A DNA stretch of 64,000 nt from Tubulanus polymorphus (taxonomy: Eukaryota; Animalia; Nemertea): assembly GCF_964204645.1 (NCBI RefSeq), contig NC_134034.1, positions 558,001 to 622,000 on the forward strand, given 5' to 3'. The translations under genes were made by a program, and so were the position numbers. Under the pieces are notes generated by a model that saw only the letters and a list, made by a program, of their open reading frames with translations, was not told the origin of the DNA and did no database searches. This document shows positions 1-12,675 of the stretch, one piece after another (within the stretch, counting starts at the first letter, position 1; every line of letters begins with the position of its first letter).

Positions 1-366
1 CCCACCTCGCCCACGGGCACCGTACGGCGACTGGAAATTCCTCTGATGCGTAAACGGTGGGCCCGGGCTTTTAAATTCGTTGTTGTAACCGTGGTAACCG
101 CCACGATTCGGGGAATGTCCGGGCGGATTCGAGTACGGATTTTCAAACGACGGAGTCCGATGCCGTTTATTATGGAATCCCCCGCGCTGCGGACTCGGTC
201 CTCTAGGCCCGGCAGGTGAGGAATGAGGAGACGGACTGAGGAATTGATGGTAAGGTGGAGTTCTGTAAGGCGTATCACTGCTGGAGGATAATCCTAATCC
301 TAATCTCGACTGATCTGTCTCCTGCTGATCCGGCGTTAATCCGGGCTGCTGTTGCTGTTGATCCAT
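1..366 (-). CDS. 5' part of a Pro/Gly/Ser-rich protein running off the window edge; possibly MPLKIP/TTDN1-like
   Basis: ATG at 366-364 in AAACATG context, then 122 stop-free codons to base 1: MDQQQQQPGLTPDQQETDQSRLGLGLSSSSDTPYRTPPYHQFLSPSPHSSPAGPRGPSPQRGGFHNKRHRTPSFENPYSNPPGHSPNRGGYHGYNNEFKSPGPPFTHQRNFQSPYGARGRGG. Many SP/TP sites and TPPY resemble the MPLKIP N-terminus as I recall it, but the diagnostic C-terminal motif would lie outside the window. Absent from the ORF track because there is no stop in the window. Confidence 0.65.
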   Translation of the reverse strand, partial: MDQQQQQPGLTPDQQETDQSRLGLGLSSSSDTPYRTPPYHQFLSPSPHSSPAGPRGPSPQRGGFHNKRHRTPSFENPYSNPPGHSPNRGGYHGYNNEFKSPGPPFTHQRNFQSPYGARGRGG

Positions 367-901
367 GTTTATGTTAGTTGAAAGCTGATCACACGACGAC
401 GACGAAAAAACTAAGCGGCATCGAAAATTTTGACTTTTGGAAAAAAAATTAAAAAATCATATTTACTTCCGCGTTGGAGTCCCGAGATTCTCTCAAAGAT
501 TCAAGGTCGTTGCACCGCACTCCGCGCTGAAGGTCAACTTTGCCTAAAAGCCCCGCATGATACAAACATTCTTATTGAATTCCATACTTTTCTTATGTTC
601 CGTTTAATTGATTGTCACTCGCTCATTCTGGTAAAATATTTTGATTTTTTCGTTATCTCGTATCAATAAACCTATATTGAATTGAATACCATATTTTATT
701 TATATTGAATTGAATTATTGCTCTGTCAATTTTCATTTCAGTTTTCTTTCTCTGTCTTAAATCTGTCTAAAATAGATTTTCAAATTCTGGCGTCCTGTGT
801 TTGAAAGGAACCAGCAATATATTCAAACTGCGCACAACCCGATGACGTATTACGCACGAGTTGTCCACCACTAGTCGCGGGTTTAATCATCCGTGAAAAA
901 G
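367..901. promoter_or_regulatory. Bidirectional promoter between the minus-strand gene and WDR24
   Basis: Only 535 bp separate the two divergent ATGs. CpG-containing ends, an ETS-like ACTTCCG near 466 and TGACGTA near 843. Confidence 0.6.
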
Positions 902-3900
902 ATGCACACGGTCGCTAAAGCGGTTCAAGATCGTGGTGAGTGCCCGTAAAAGCTTCCATTACCGGTCATGATTGGAAAATCTAATCAATGGGTGGGCTGG
1001 CCAGGGCAGGGGGTTGATTTTCTTTTGTTGTTATTAAGTGTTGTCACTAGGGGGCGCTAGATCTTTTTCCTAAACAGCCAATCAAACATCTCCAGTTGAT
1101 ACTTTTCGCGTGATCATGGAATCCTCTGCTTGAACCCAGCTACAGCTGCATCCAATTTCCGGGATTGTGACAAGATTTTGCCCCTCTGCGTGGGCTCGGC
1201 TACCCCGCATCAATAGCTCAATAATCGTCTATTTGTTTACAGGTTTTTGTCGTTAAAGTTGTTGTGGTATGTATTTGATTTTCATGAGGAGTGAGTGTTT
1301 GGGCGTGAGGAGGGTTTGGAAACTAATGCTAGTACAATCATTAATTTAACCTCTCCGCAGCAGGGGGCAGCACCCGTCCTCGGTAGTTTCCTATCCCCGG
1401 CTTTTTGTAACGAGGAATAAAACTTTTTAAAAATTTCTCTGGTGACAAATTCAGCTATTTTCAATTGCATGATCAGAACTTAAGTTAGTTACCTGCAGGA
1501 TGTGAGTTAGGCCTAACTCTGAAAATGAATTGGTTTTAATTCAGAGTTAACTCTAACTCACAACCGTGGAACTGGTACCAGATTGTTGGTGGTAAGCTTT
1601 TACAAACGGATGTGTTTTATACTAATGTGGTTTCTGAAAATATCCGATTGTGAAACTAAACCACAGACAGGTAACTGACTAGAACCACCACAGACAGGTA
1701 ACTGACTAGGTCTGAATGAAACCCTCTTGAACATATGCACTGCAGCTCAGGATCCACACATCCAGTAAAGTAAAAATTTGAAATAGAATTCATCTCTAAG
1801 CCGTATAGTTCAGCTCGGTATAAATTTTATTTTTTCTCTTTTTCGCAGTAACATCTTTTTCACTTTAGTTTTGTAGAAATTTAAAGTAAAGTTTATAGGG
1901 CGTGCATCTAACCATCTGTTGTATCCATCAGTTCCACAGTTCTGATATATGACGATAGTTATTCCGTTTTCTTATAAAGCGCGAACCCCTACAAATTATA
2001 ATCAGTGCGCTATGCATCATTATGAAATAGATGTGAGCTGATAAAATAGTACGGGGTAATTTAAAACACTTGGAGAATAAGAATTAAGTTGACATTTGTA
2101 GGTGACTAAAATTGATTGCATTTATAAATTTACCCAAAAAAAGTAAGTTGTAACCAGTTCAGTGGAACGTTGGTTTAGTTTGGCTAACTACAATTGAAAT
2201 AAGTTCGTTTTCAATGTTTTAATTGTCGATCAACTATTCACTGATCTTTTGTAACTGTGGAACGGGGTTCAAATATTGAAGTGTTTTCTAATTCGCGAAT
2301 AAGTTGTAAATGTTTGCGTAAGATGATTTTTTGATTTGTATTTCAGTGTCGGTAATTCAGAGTACAACGATGGGCCGCACAATGTTTCACACCCTCGAGG
2401 GTCCGGTTAATACAATCAGTGTCAATAAAGATGTATCACAAATAGTCGTAGCAGGACGCAACGGTAACTATCAGAAAACATGTCTGCCTCCAGTTTATCC
2501 CTCTATGACATCATCAAATTGACCAATAGTGATTTGATCTATAGACACTTCAAGAAAAGATGTCTGCCTGTATAAATCGCCCAATGACATCATCAAATTG
2601 TCTACCAGTGATTTGATCTATAGACATTACTAGAAAAGATGTCTGCCTCCATAAATCCCCCTATGACATCATTGATTAATTTCTGTTCTAGTGTTCAAGG
2701 TGTTTTCGATTGAAGAAGATGAATTTGTAGAGAGAGCAAATTTCCGCGTTGGTAAAAATATCAACCTCAATTTCAACGTGTCGGATGTCGTCTGGAATCC
2801 GGTTGAAGGTCGGTCTCGGTTTATCCGTCGTTATTCTCCACGCGACCTTCAGTTTATAGTGTCAGTGTTTGTACGGGTTTCGTTGTTTTTCAGAGAATAT
2901 AATCGCGTCTGGAGCGACGAACGGAGCAGTCGTCGTCTGGAATATAAACCGCACTCAACGATCAAAACAAGGTCAGAAAAAATCTATCAAAATTGAAAAT
3001 ACGAATCTCATCTTTTTGAATGAAATTCAAACTTAGTTAAATCATCATCAGCATTATCACATTACTGAAGTCATGTTTATTGTTTGTGCTCAATTTGTGT
3101 TTCTAATTCAATTTACTAAGTCACCATTTGGATAAGTCTTCACATTACTGAATTCATCTCTATTTTTGAGTCTCAATTTGTGTTTCAATTTACTAAGTGT
3201 AAAGTCATCCAACGACGACCTGAGCTGCGCTCTGATGTTCCACTGATGAATTATCAGTTTATTTGTGTTGTTATGTATGTATTTCCAGATCATGTATTTC
3301 TGGAACATCGACGAACTGTAAACAGAATCTGTTTCCATCCTCTTGAATCACATTTCTTACTCAGCGGTTCACAGGACGGATACATGAAATTATTCGTAAG
3401 TCATCGCAAACATCCCCCCTATGACCTCATCAAATTGATCCGTAGAACTTCCTGGCTGAAACATGGCTACCTCCATGAATCCCCCTATGACACCGAGGGA
3501 AGATGGCAAGGACGGATTCAACTAATCCCCCTATGACATCATCAAATTGTTCTGTAGAATAGTAGAAGAATAGTAGGATGCCTGTTTCATTGAATCCCCC
3601 TATGACATCATGAAGAACACATAGCTGTCTTAATAAATCCCCTATGACATCATCAAGAACAGATAGCCATCTCAATAAATCCTCCTATGACATCATCAAA
3701 TTTATGTGTAGAACTTCTTGGCTGAAACATGGCTACCTCCATGAATCCCCCTATGACACTGAGGAAAGATGGCAAGGACGGATTCAACGAATCCCCCTAT
3801 GACATCATTAAATTGTTCTGTAGAATCCTCTACTAAAATGATGCCTCATGGAATCCCCCTATGACATCGTCGAGAACAGATATCTGTCTCAATGCATCCC

Positions 3901-6900
3901 TCATCATATCGAGGAAACATGGCTGCCTTCATGAATCCACCTATGACATCATTTTGTTATGATATTTTTCAGGATTTACGAAAGAAAGAAGTGAATTTAA
4001 CGTTTTCTGGATTATCTGAAAGCGTTCGAGACGTTCAATTCTCTCCTCATTTCTTCTTCTCGTTCGCTGCTGCGTTTGATAACGGAAACGTTCAGGTAAA
4101 CATCTCTCTACCCCCAATAGGTAGCGTCGCGTTAACTACTGATGATTCATCTTCGTCGTCGGTTCATGTTTCAGATTTGGGATTTACGTCGACCGGATCG
4201 ATTCGAACGTCAGTTTACCGCACATAACGGACCGGTGTTCGCCGTGGACTGGCATCCGGATCCTGAGGAGAAATACTGGCTCGGAACAGCCGGCAGAGAT
4301 AGAATGATTAAAGTAAGAATCCGTATCAGTATTGGGTGGCTCCGAGAATATCTAAATCATTGCAATTGGAGCCATCCCTTTATCTAGTGGGTGACTCCGA
4401 GAATATTTAAATCATGGCAATCAGAGCCATCCCTTTATCTAGTGGGTGACTCCGAAATATCTAAATCATTGCAATCAGAGCCATCCCTTAATCTTGTGGG
4501 TGACTCCGAGAATATCTAAATCATGGCAATTGGAGTCATCCTTTTATCTATTGGATGACTCCGAGAATATCTAAACCATGGCAATAGGAGTCATTCCTTT
4601 GTATATACTGGGTGACTCCGAGAGTATCTAAATCATGGCAATTGGAGTGATCCTTTTATCTGGTGGGTGGCTCTGATCGTCATGATCGGGATATTCTAGC
4701 AGCCACCATGTAGAGAAAAGGCGGCTCTAAGAAGTGGACTCAGTCTTGGACTCACTGACAATCTTAACAACTAATCGCCAGCCTTAGAATTTTATACCAC
4801 ATTTGAAGTGACGTGCTGTTGTTATCGGTAACTCATGTGTTGATATTTTCAGGTTTGGGATACGACGTTTAAACCGAAGTGTACGAACATGGTACAGAGT
4901 ATAGCGTCTGTATCTCGTATAAAATGGCGTCCACAGCGTAAATACCACATCGCTAGCTGCGCTCTAATGACTGATTATAGTATTAATGTATGGGATATAC
5001 GCCGGCCGTACATACCATTCGCTCAGTTCAATCAACATAAAAATGTTACTACTAGTAAGTTATACACTACGCATTGCTCTCTCATGAAGATATGTATCGA
5101 TGGATATATCGATCGCGGGTCAGCAACGGTAGAATTGTGGAACTGGGTCCATATTCAAAGTAGACCAAAAACATAACAAATTGGTTAAACCGTTCTCCCC
5201 TCTCCTCTTTCTGGTCTCTCTCTCTGGTCTCTCTGGTCTCTCTCTCTCTCCCTCTCCCTCTCCCTCTCTCTCTCCCTCTCTCCCTCGCCCTCGCCCTCGC
5301 CCTTCCTCCCTCCCTCCCTCCCTCCCTCCCTCCCTCCCTCCCTCCCTCCCTCCCTCCCTCTCCCCCTCTCCCCCTCTCCCCCTCTCCCCCTCTCCCTCTC
5401 TCCCTCTCCCCCTCTCCCCCTCTCCCTCTCTCCCTCTCTCCCTCTCCCTCTCCCTCCCCTCTCCCTCTCTCCCTCTCTCCCTCTCCCTCTCCCTCCCCTC
5501 TCCCTCTCTGCTCTCTCTCCTCTTTCCCTTCTATTCACAACCTCTTCTTCAACTCGTTGAATACAATCATTAAACTCTCGTAGTTCGATGGATTTAAGGC
5601 TTTACGAATCATTAAACAATGTAACCATTGTAAGTTCAGATATAAACACATTTCCATTGCCTTCATTGATTAGTATTTCATTAGTGATCAGTTAAAGGAT
5701 TAAATACAACACAGGTGTCACTCACACAGTCCTCCCTTCCCTCACTCACTGTCAGTCTGACTGTCTCTGGTTTTCTATCAAACATCATGTCTCTATAACT
5801 CACTGACCTGCAGGTACGTGTACAGTTCAGCTCACGATATCGTAGGAGAATTTTTGGAGGCAGACATCTTTTCTAGAAGTTTCTATAGATCAAATCACTA
5901 GTAGGTATTATGATGATGTCATAGGGGGATTTATGGAGGCAGCCGCCATCTTTTCTAGAAGTGTCTAAAGAACAAATATTTGGTAATATGATGATGTCAT
6001 AAGGGGAGCAGCCATCTTTTCTGGTAGGGTTAATTAATTGAGTAATGTTTGATTGTTGTAGGTATAATCTGGAAACACGATCCACACGTTTTCCTGTCCG
6101 CCAGTAAAGACTGTACGATTTATCAGCACATGTTCCGAGACGCAGTCCGTCCGGCTGATCACGCTAACCCTATCGGAATCGATATAAATATCTACGGTCG
6201 TCTCTCTCACGCGAGCAGTGATAAACTGTTAGGAGTCTCCGGTAGGTACCTCTTACCCTCCATCCGTCTGCTCACCCTCCGTCTGTCACACGCGAGCAGC
6301 GATAAACTGTTAGGAGTCTCCGGTAGGTACCTCTTACCCTCCATCCGTCTGCTCACCGTCCGTCTGTCACACGCGAGCAGCGATAAACTGTTAGGAGTCT
6401 CCGGTAGGTGTCTCTTACCCTCCATCCGTCTGCTCACCCTCCGTCTGCCACACGCGAGCAGCGATAAACTGTTAGGAGTCTCCGGTAGGTGTCTCTTACC
6501 CTCCTGGGTCTAGAACTGTGGAATTTGATTCAGAACTGTGGAACTGAGTTCAGAACTGTGGGACTGAGTTCAGAACTGTGGGACTGAGTTCAGAACTGTG
6601 GGACTGAGTCCAGAACTGTGGAACTGAGTCCAGAACTGTGGAACTGAGTCCAGAACTGTGGGACTGAGTTCAGAACTGTGGGACTGAGTTCAGAACTGTG
6701 GAACTGTGTCCAGAACTGTGGGACTGAGTTCAGAACTGTGGAACTGAGTCCAGAACTGTGGGACTGAGTCCAGAACTGTGGGACTGAGTTCAGAACTGTG
6801 GGACTGAGTCCAGAACTGTGGAACTGAGTCCAGAACTGTGGGACTGAGTTCAGAACTGTGGAACTGAGTCCAGAACTGTGGGACTGAGTCCAGAACTGTG

Positions 6901-9900
6901 GAACTGAGTCCAGAACTGTGGGACTGAGTCCAGAACTGTGGAACTGAGTCCAGAACTGTGGGACTGAGTTCAGAACTGTGGAACTGAGTCCAGAACTGTG
7001 GGACTGAGTCCAGAACTGTGGGACTGAGTCCAGAACTGTGGAACTGGATCCACAACTGTGGAACTGTATCCAGAACTGTGGAACTTGTTGTTGTCCTGTG
7101 GAACCATGTTCAGTATTCCTCAGACTGTATTAGTAGAGATCTGTGATTATTGTATTTTCAGGCAGTAAATCGATAGCTTCAAATCATTCACAAACGAAAC
7201 TTCCGTCATTTTTCAAGAAAATTCCCGATCGCAGCGAAATGTTTACAGTCGTCAGCAGTTCATTGTTCTTATTCGATAATCTCGATAAGGTAATCTCATT
7301 TAGCAATTATAGTTAATTAATCTAAAAAGAGGACAGTTCCACAGTTTAGAGATCCAGAACTGTGGAAGTGGATCCAGAACTCTAGAAGAACTTGGAAGTG
7401 AATCCAGAATTGTAAAACTGAACACAGAACTGTGGAACTAGCACCACAACTGTGGAACTAGCACCAGTACTGTGGAACTAGTGCCAGTACTGTGGAACTG
7501 GCTCAAAACTGTGGAACTAGTGCCAGTACTGTGGAACTAGTGCCAGTACTGTGGAACTAGTGCCAGTACTGTGGAACTAGTGCCAGTACTGTGGAACTAG
7601 TGCCAGTACTGTGGAACTAGTGCCAGTACTGTGGAACTGCATCCCAGAACTGTGGAACTGGGTCCAGAACTGTGGTACTAGCGCCAGTACTGTGGAACTG
7701 GTTCAGAACTGTGGAACTAGCTCCAGAACTGTGGAACTGTATCCAGAACTGTGTTACTGTGTCCAGGCTCACTATAAACCAGACTATCTGCTGTAAACGG
7801 TATAATATTGATATTATTGTAGAGTTTATCGATGGATTGGTTTATCTCGTCTGCTAAACGATACGTTCTCATCGGTCGGAGTTTTGATGAGTTATGCGAT
7901 CACAATGCGTCGGTTGCTAGGAGTTTAGATCGCGCGAGCGTCGCTCAGTGTTGGATGATGTTAAAGTTATTGTATACTCGTAACACGACGACGCCGTCGC
8001 AGGTTCGAGCGATGACGATTACGACACCAGGTGGCGGTAATACAGACACTGAACGAGGTAAGCTTCTTCAGAACATGTACATGTTAGGAGAATCAGACAT
8101 GTACATGTTAGGAGAATCAGACATGTACATGTGAGCAGAATCAGACATGTACATGTTAGGAGAATTAGACATGTACATGTGAGCAGAATCAGACATGTAC
8201 ATGTGAGCAGAATCAGACATGTACATGTTAGGAGAATTAGACATGTTTAACATGTTGTATGTTTAATTTTAGGTGTGAAACAGAATTTGGACAGTTCACA
8301 TTTACAGGAGAATCATCACCCGACATCAGAACAGGAGACAAGAGATAAACATACAGGGGATACTAGCACCGGTAGGTACCCCCTCACTCCCCCTCTCCCT
8401 CCACTCCCCTCCAAGCCCCTCACTTCCTTCTCTCCCTTCACTCCTCCCCCTCCCCTCTCTCCCCTCCCTTCCCCTATCTTACTCCCCTTACTCCACTCTC
8501 CCTCCCCTCCCTCACTCCCCTCTCTCCTTTTACTCCCCCTCCCCTCTCTCCCTCCACTCCCTCTCCCTCTACTCCCCTCACTTTCCCCTTTCCACTACCC
8601 CTCCCCTCTCCCCCTGGAGAAATCTATGGGGGACACAAGCAACCTGAGAATCTGGGCCACATGAATCTAGTTTCATAAAAAGTTTGAACTTTTGATCTTT
8701 AGTTTCTTAATCTTAACACTTGATTTTAAATAGATTTTAGGAGTCAAAAATGTTCGTGAAAATGCGCCCAGAATTTCTATAATGTGTTAGGAGATGTTGA
8801 AGATGTTTTTGTTGTGTTTATTTCAGTAATTAGCGATGATGAATCGAAGATGTTTTTGTTGTGTTTATTTCAGTAATTAGCGATGATGAATCGGACAGTG
8901 AATCGGAGAATGAATTGAATCTAGCGAATATCGCTAGCGGACTCGCCGGGCAGACGCCCGATTTCTTCTTCGGCGACGGCGAAGTCGACACGACTCCGTT
9001 TGAGTTCGATAATCTGACTAACATCGAAAACGGACAGGTACGGCTAAAATTACAATCCGGATAGATATAATAACCTGCATGCCGGTAACAAGTCCTTCAT
9101 TCATCTCCTCCAAATAGTGAAAACTGATTATCTAGGTTAATCATTCGGATTTTTCATTAGTTATTTAAATTCTGTTTGTCTCCAAATTAAGCAGGTTTCA
9201 CTAAAACGTGGAATCCCTCGCATCATCAATAAATTCTTAATTTATAAATTTAGGATTGGAATTTACCGAGCGAAGCGTTTCAGCCGCGTCACGAGATCGA
9301 GAGAAACGAGGTTCCCGACTCGCACGTCAATCATCACGCTACCACGGCAGCGGAGACGCCACCTAGCGGCAGCGATAGTGAACTGAGTTTACCGTCGAAT
9401 CTATCTCACGTCGCCGATCGCAACAAAGAGGAATTATCGCTACAGACGATTCCGTTTATTTCTCAGATACCGACGTGGCAGTTCAACAATCTCGTCATCG
9501 ATCTGTTGTATCAATACGCGGAACAGGTTAGTGTGGGGGGCTCCAACAATATCCACACCCTGGCAGCATTCAGTGCCTTCCCTTACTCTAGTGGGTGACT
9601 CCGAGAATATCCATATCAAAGAATATACAATCCATTTTCATTAGTTAATACAAATTGGCTGGCTCCAAAAATATCCAAATCATGGCATTTAGTGTTTTTC
9701 TCTTGAGTGGATGGCTCCCAAAATACGGTATTTAAATCATCTGTTTCTCTAGTGGGTGACTCCGTTGTTTATTTCCAGGGTGACGTACAGATGTCGGTTT
9801 CGATATTAATTGTTTTAGGAGATCGTTTGAAATTATCGGAATCACAAATTCCTGATGCTACGTTAGAACAGTGGTATCTATCATATGTAGGTAAGACTCA

Positions 9901-10996
9901 ACAATGATGTCATAGGGGGATTTAAGGAAGCAGACATCTTTTCTAGAAGTGTCTATTGATCAAATGAAGTAGATAATTTGATGATGTCATAGGGGGATTC
10001 ATGGAGGCGGACATCTTTTCTAGAAGTGTCTATGAATCAAATCATTAGTAGACAATTTGATGATGTCCTAGGGGGATTTATGGAGGCAGACATCTTTTCT
10101 AGAAGTGTCTATGAATCAAATCATTAGTAGACAATTTGATGATGTCATAGGGGGATTTATTTTATGAAGGCAGACATCTTTTCTAGAAGTGTCTATAGAT
10201 CAAATGAAGTAGATAATTTGATGATGTCATAGGGGGATTTATGAAGGAATACATCTTCAAACTATCGATAAATCAAATCACTAGTAGACGCGTTGATGAT
10301 GTCATAGGGTGTTTAATGTATGTGGCCGATGTTTGTTTATATTTTGTAGATTTATTATCGCGATTTGAGTTATGGACGATCGCTACTGAAGTGATTAGTT
10401 TAGCTCACGTGACGAGTGTAAATCAGGTGAACCAACAGTCAACGACTTACAGAACGAACTGTAATCGTTGCAGTAAAATACTGATGAAATCAGGCTGGAC
10501 GTGTCAGAACTGTAAACAGCTTACTAATACCTGTTCTATATGGTACGTACCGGTCTCTTTCAACAATGATGATGATGTCATAGGGTGATTTATGGAGGCA
10601 GACATCTTTTCTAGAAGTGTCTCTAGATCAAATCACTAGTAGGTATTATGATGATGTCATAGGGTGATTTACGGTGGCAGACATCTTTTTCAAGAAGTGT
10701 CAATAGATCAGATCACTAGTAGACAATTTGATGATGTCATAGGGGGATTTATGGAAGCAGACATCTTTTCTGGAAGTGTCTATAGATCAGATCACTAGTA
10801 AAAACTTTGATGATGTCATAGGGGGATTGATATTAATGGATTGTGTTTGTATATTTGTAGCCATCACCCGGTGAAAGGATTATACGTCTGGTGTCAAGGT
10901 TGCGGCCATGGCGGGCATTTAACGCACATCAAAGACTGGTTGAAACGCAGCCCGTACTGCCCCACGGGCTGCGGGCATCTCTGTGAATATACCTGA
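902..10996 (+). CDS. WDR24: GATOR2 complex protein WDR24 (WD40 repeats + C-terminal zinc-binding/RING-like domain), 17 exons, 811 aa
   Basis: Exons: 902-935, 2347-2463, 2692-2808, 2894-2971, 3289-3395, 3973-4095, 4175-4312, 4853-5054, 6062-6241, 7162-7289, 7823-8057, 8273-8371, 8874-9037, 9254-9526, 9779-9890, 10350-10542, 10861-10996. All introns are GT-AG with compatible phases; total 2436 nt. Recognisable WDR24 motifs: [125 protein letters not shown]. Confidence 0.97.
4330..4680. repeat. ~56-bp minisatellite (gggtgactccgagaatatctaaatcatggcaattggag...)
   Basis: About 6 copies in WDR24 intron 7; degenerate copies at 9590-9765. Confidence 0.85.
5086..5530 (+). repeat. Dispersed ~125-bp element with a CT-rich microsatellite tail
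   Basis: gaagatatgtatcga...cgcgggtcagcaacggtagaattgtggaactgggtccatattcaaagtagacc...ggttaaaccgtt is nearly identical to 25651-25775; both copies are followed by CT-rich tracts. Confidence 0.85.
6199..6503 (+). repeat. 81-bp tandem repeat spanning the WDR24 exon 9 / intron 9 boundary
   Basis: Unit cgtctgtcacacgcgagcagcgataaactgttaggagtctccg|gtaggt...ctcaccctc, about 3.7 copies; donors at 6242, 6323, 6404 and 6485. Confidence 0.95.
6510..7090. repeat. 20-bp minisatellite (cagaactgtggaactgagtc)n
   Basis: About 28 copies in WDR24 intron 9. Related arrays at ~7425-7755 and ~43750-43880. Confidence 0.95.
8073..8250. repeat. 24-bp minisatellite (acatgtacatgttaggagaatcag)n
   Basis: About 7 copies filling most of WDR24 intron 11. 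Confidence 0.9.
9905..10830. repeat. ~78-bp tandem arrays (tgatgatgtcatagggggatttatggaggcagacatcttttctagaagtgtc...) flanking WDR24 exon 16
   Basis: Arrays at 9905-10310 and 10565-10830. Same family at 5850-6020 and, inverted, at 2475-2675 and 3410-3950. Confidence 0.9.
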
Positions 10997-11246
10997 TAAA
11001 CAATGAGGACTCGAGAGTCAGTCTAGTCATGCAGTTGAAGTCATTCAATTAAAGTCATTTTGTTGAAGACTTCGATAACTCCCATAGTTTGGGAGCTTTA
11101 AGGTTTACCTAGCTTAAGAGATTGGTAAAGGTGATCTCGATAGCTACGATAGCTTGGTTCACCCTGATAACTAAGTCAAGGTGCTTTGATAGGTTAGTAA
11201 ACTAGGTTTAGGTGAACCTGGTAGCTAATAAAAGGTCAACCCAGTA

Positions 11247-11545
11247 GCTATGGGTCATCCATCTATGGCTAACTATGGGTCATCCATCTGTGGCTAACTA
11301 TGGGTCATCCATCTATGGCTAACTATGGGTCATCCATCTATGGCTAAGTATGGGTCATCCCCCTATTGCTAACTATGGGTCATCCATCTATGGCTAACTA
11401 TGGGTCATCCATCTATGGCTAACTATGGGTCATCCATCTATGGCTAACTATGGGTCATCCATCTGTGGCTAACTATGGGTCATCCCCCTATAGCTAACTA
11501 TGGGTCATTCCTGTACGACTAACTATGGGTTAACCCATTAGCTAT
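11247..11545. repeat. 25-bp minisatellite (gctaactatgggtcatccatctatg)n
   Basis: About 11 copies downstream of the WDR24 stop (probable 3' UTR; AATAAA at 11882). Confidence 0.9.
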
Positions 11546-12135
11546 GGTTTTCTGGTAGCTGCTTGAATCATAGATGTTGTTTTCATGCAGTTTTGACTAA
11601 ATCGTTTTTCGCTGATAAATATTGCTGTAACGCAGATTTTTTTGTACCTGAAAAATTAACGTTGTTGAAAAATACATTTAACAAGCCATTAAGATAGAAA
11701 AAAAAGAATTACTGAATTTATGTATTGTTTTGGTTTATGGTTTTACGGTTTTTTTCTCAGGGAATGCAATCATTTAGCCATCCCAAAAAATTGATTCAGG
11801 AAATGTTTTACTTAAGCACTTTTAATCAGTAATAGATTATTATTGACATAATCGAAATATCCTGAAATATTTTTTGTCTGGAATAAATTTTTCACTCTCG
11901 AATTCGAACCTAATGACATCACTACACTCATCCACTGCACGAACCCTGCCACACTGACTGGGTGCGCAGTTACACTCACAACTTTGCCTCACGAAAACTT
12001 GCGGCACCAATCAGATTACTCTCAATTCTGTTTATTTCCAAGCCACATTATCCAATGCAGCCTTTGAAAGAAAATCGAATGATTTAAATTTAGATTTCGA
12101 TCTTTATTTTCAATCATACTAATTTCCATTTCAAT

Positions 12136-12397
12136 GGCCTGTTTAATAAACGCAGAAACCCTAGTTTTGGCCTGGTGAATAAACGTAGTAACCCTAGTGT
12201 TGGCCTGGTGAATAAACGTAGTTACCCTAGTGTTGGCCTGGTGAATAAACGCAGTAACCCTAGTGTTGGCCTGTTTAATAAACGTAGTAACCCTAGTGTT
12301 GGCCTGTTTCATAAACGTAGTAACCCTAGTGTTGGCCTGTTTCATAAACGCAGAAACCCAAGTGTTGGCCGCTGAATAAACGTAGTTACCCTAGTGT
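12136..12397. repeat. 33-bp minisatellite (aataaacgtagtaaccctagtgttggcctg..)n
   Basis: About 8 copies upstream of PAN-WSC copy A; only about one unit remains upstream of copy B (15950-15992). Confidence 0.9.
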
Positions 12398-12675
12398 AGT
12401 GCAGGCAAGGTTTTCATTTTTAATTTGTTGAAAAATTAAACATAATTTTTTTGGAAATATTAGGCAAGACAGACATCATTCAGGGCTGCGTTTTTTAAAG
12501 CGGCGATAAGCCCTATCCCTCCCGGTGATAAACTTCTCTATTCGGACCTAGTGTTTGTTTCCTATCCCGCAATTAGTCTGGTTGCGTCAAGCTCTCGTCT
12601 GCTGCGTGAAGTCCTCAGTCTCCGATATCCGGGATACACAAAACCGATCTACAACAGTGATAGCTATCAGTTGCT

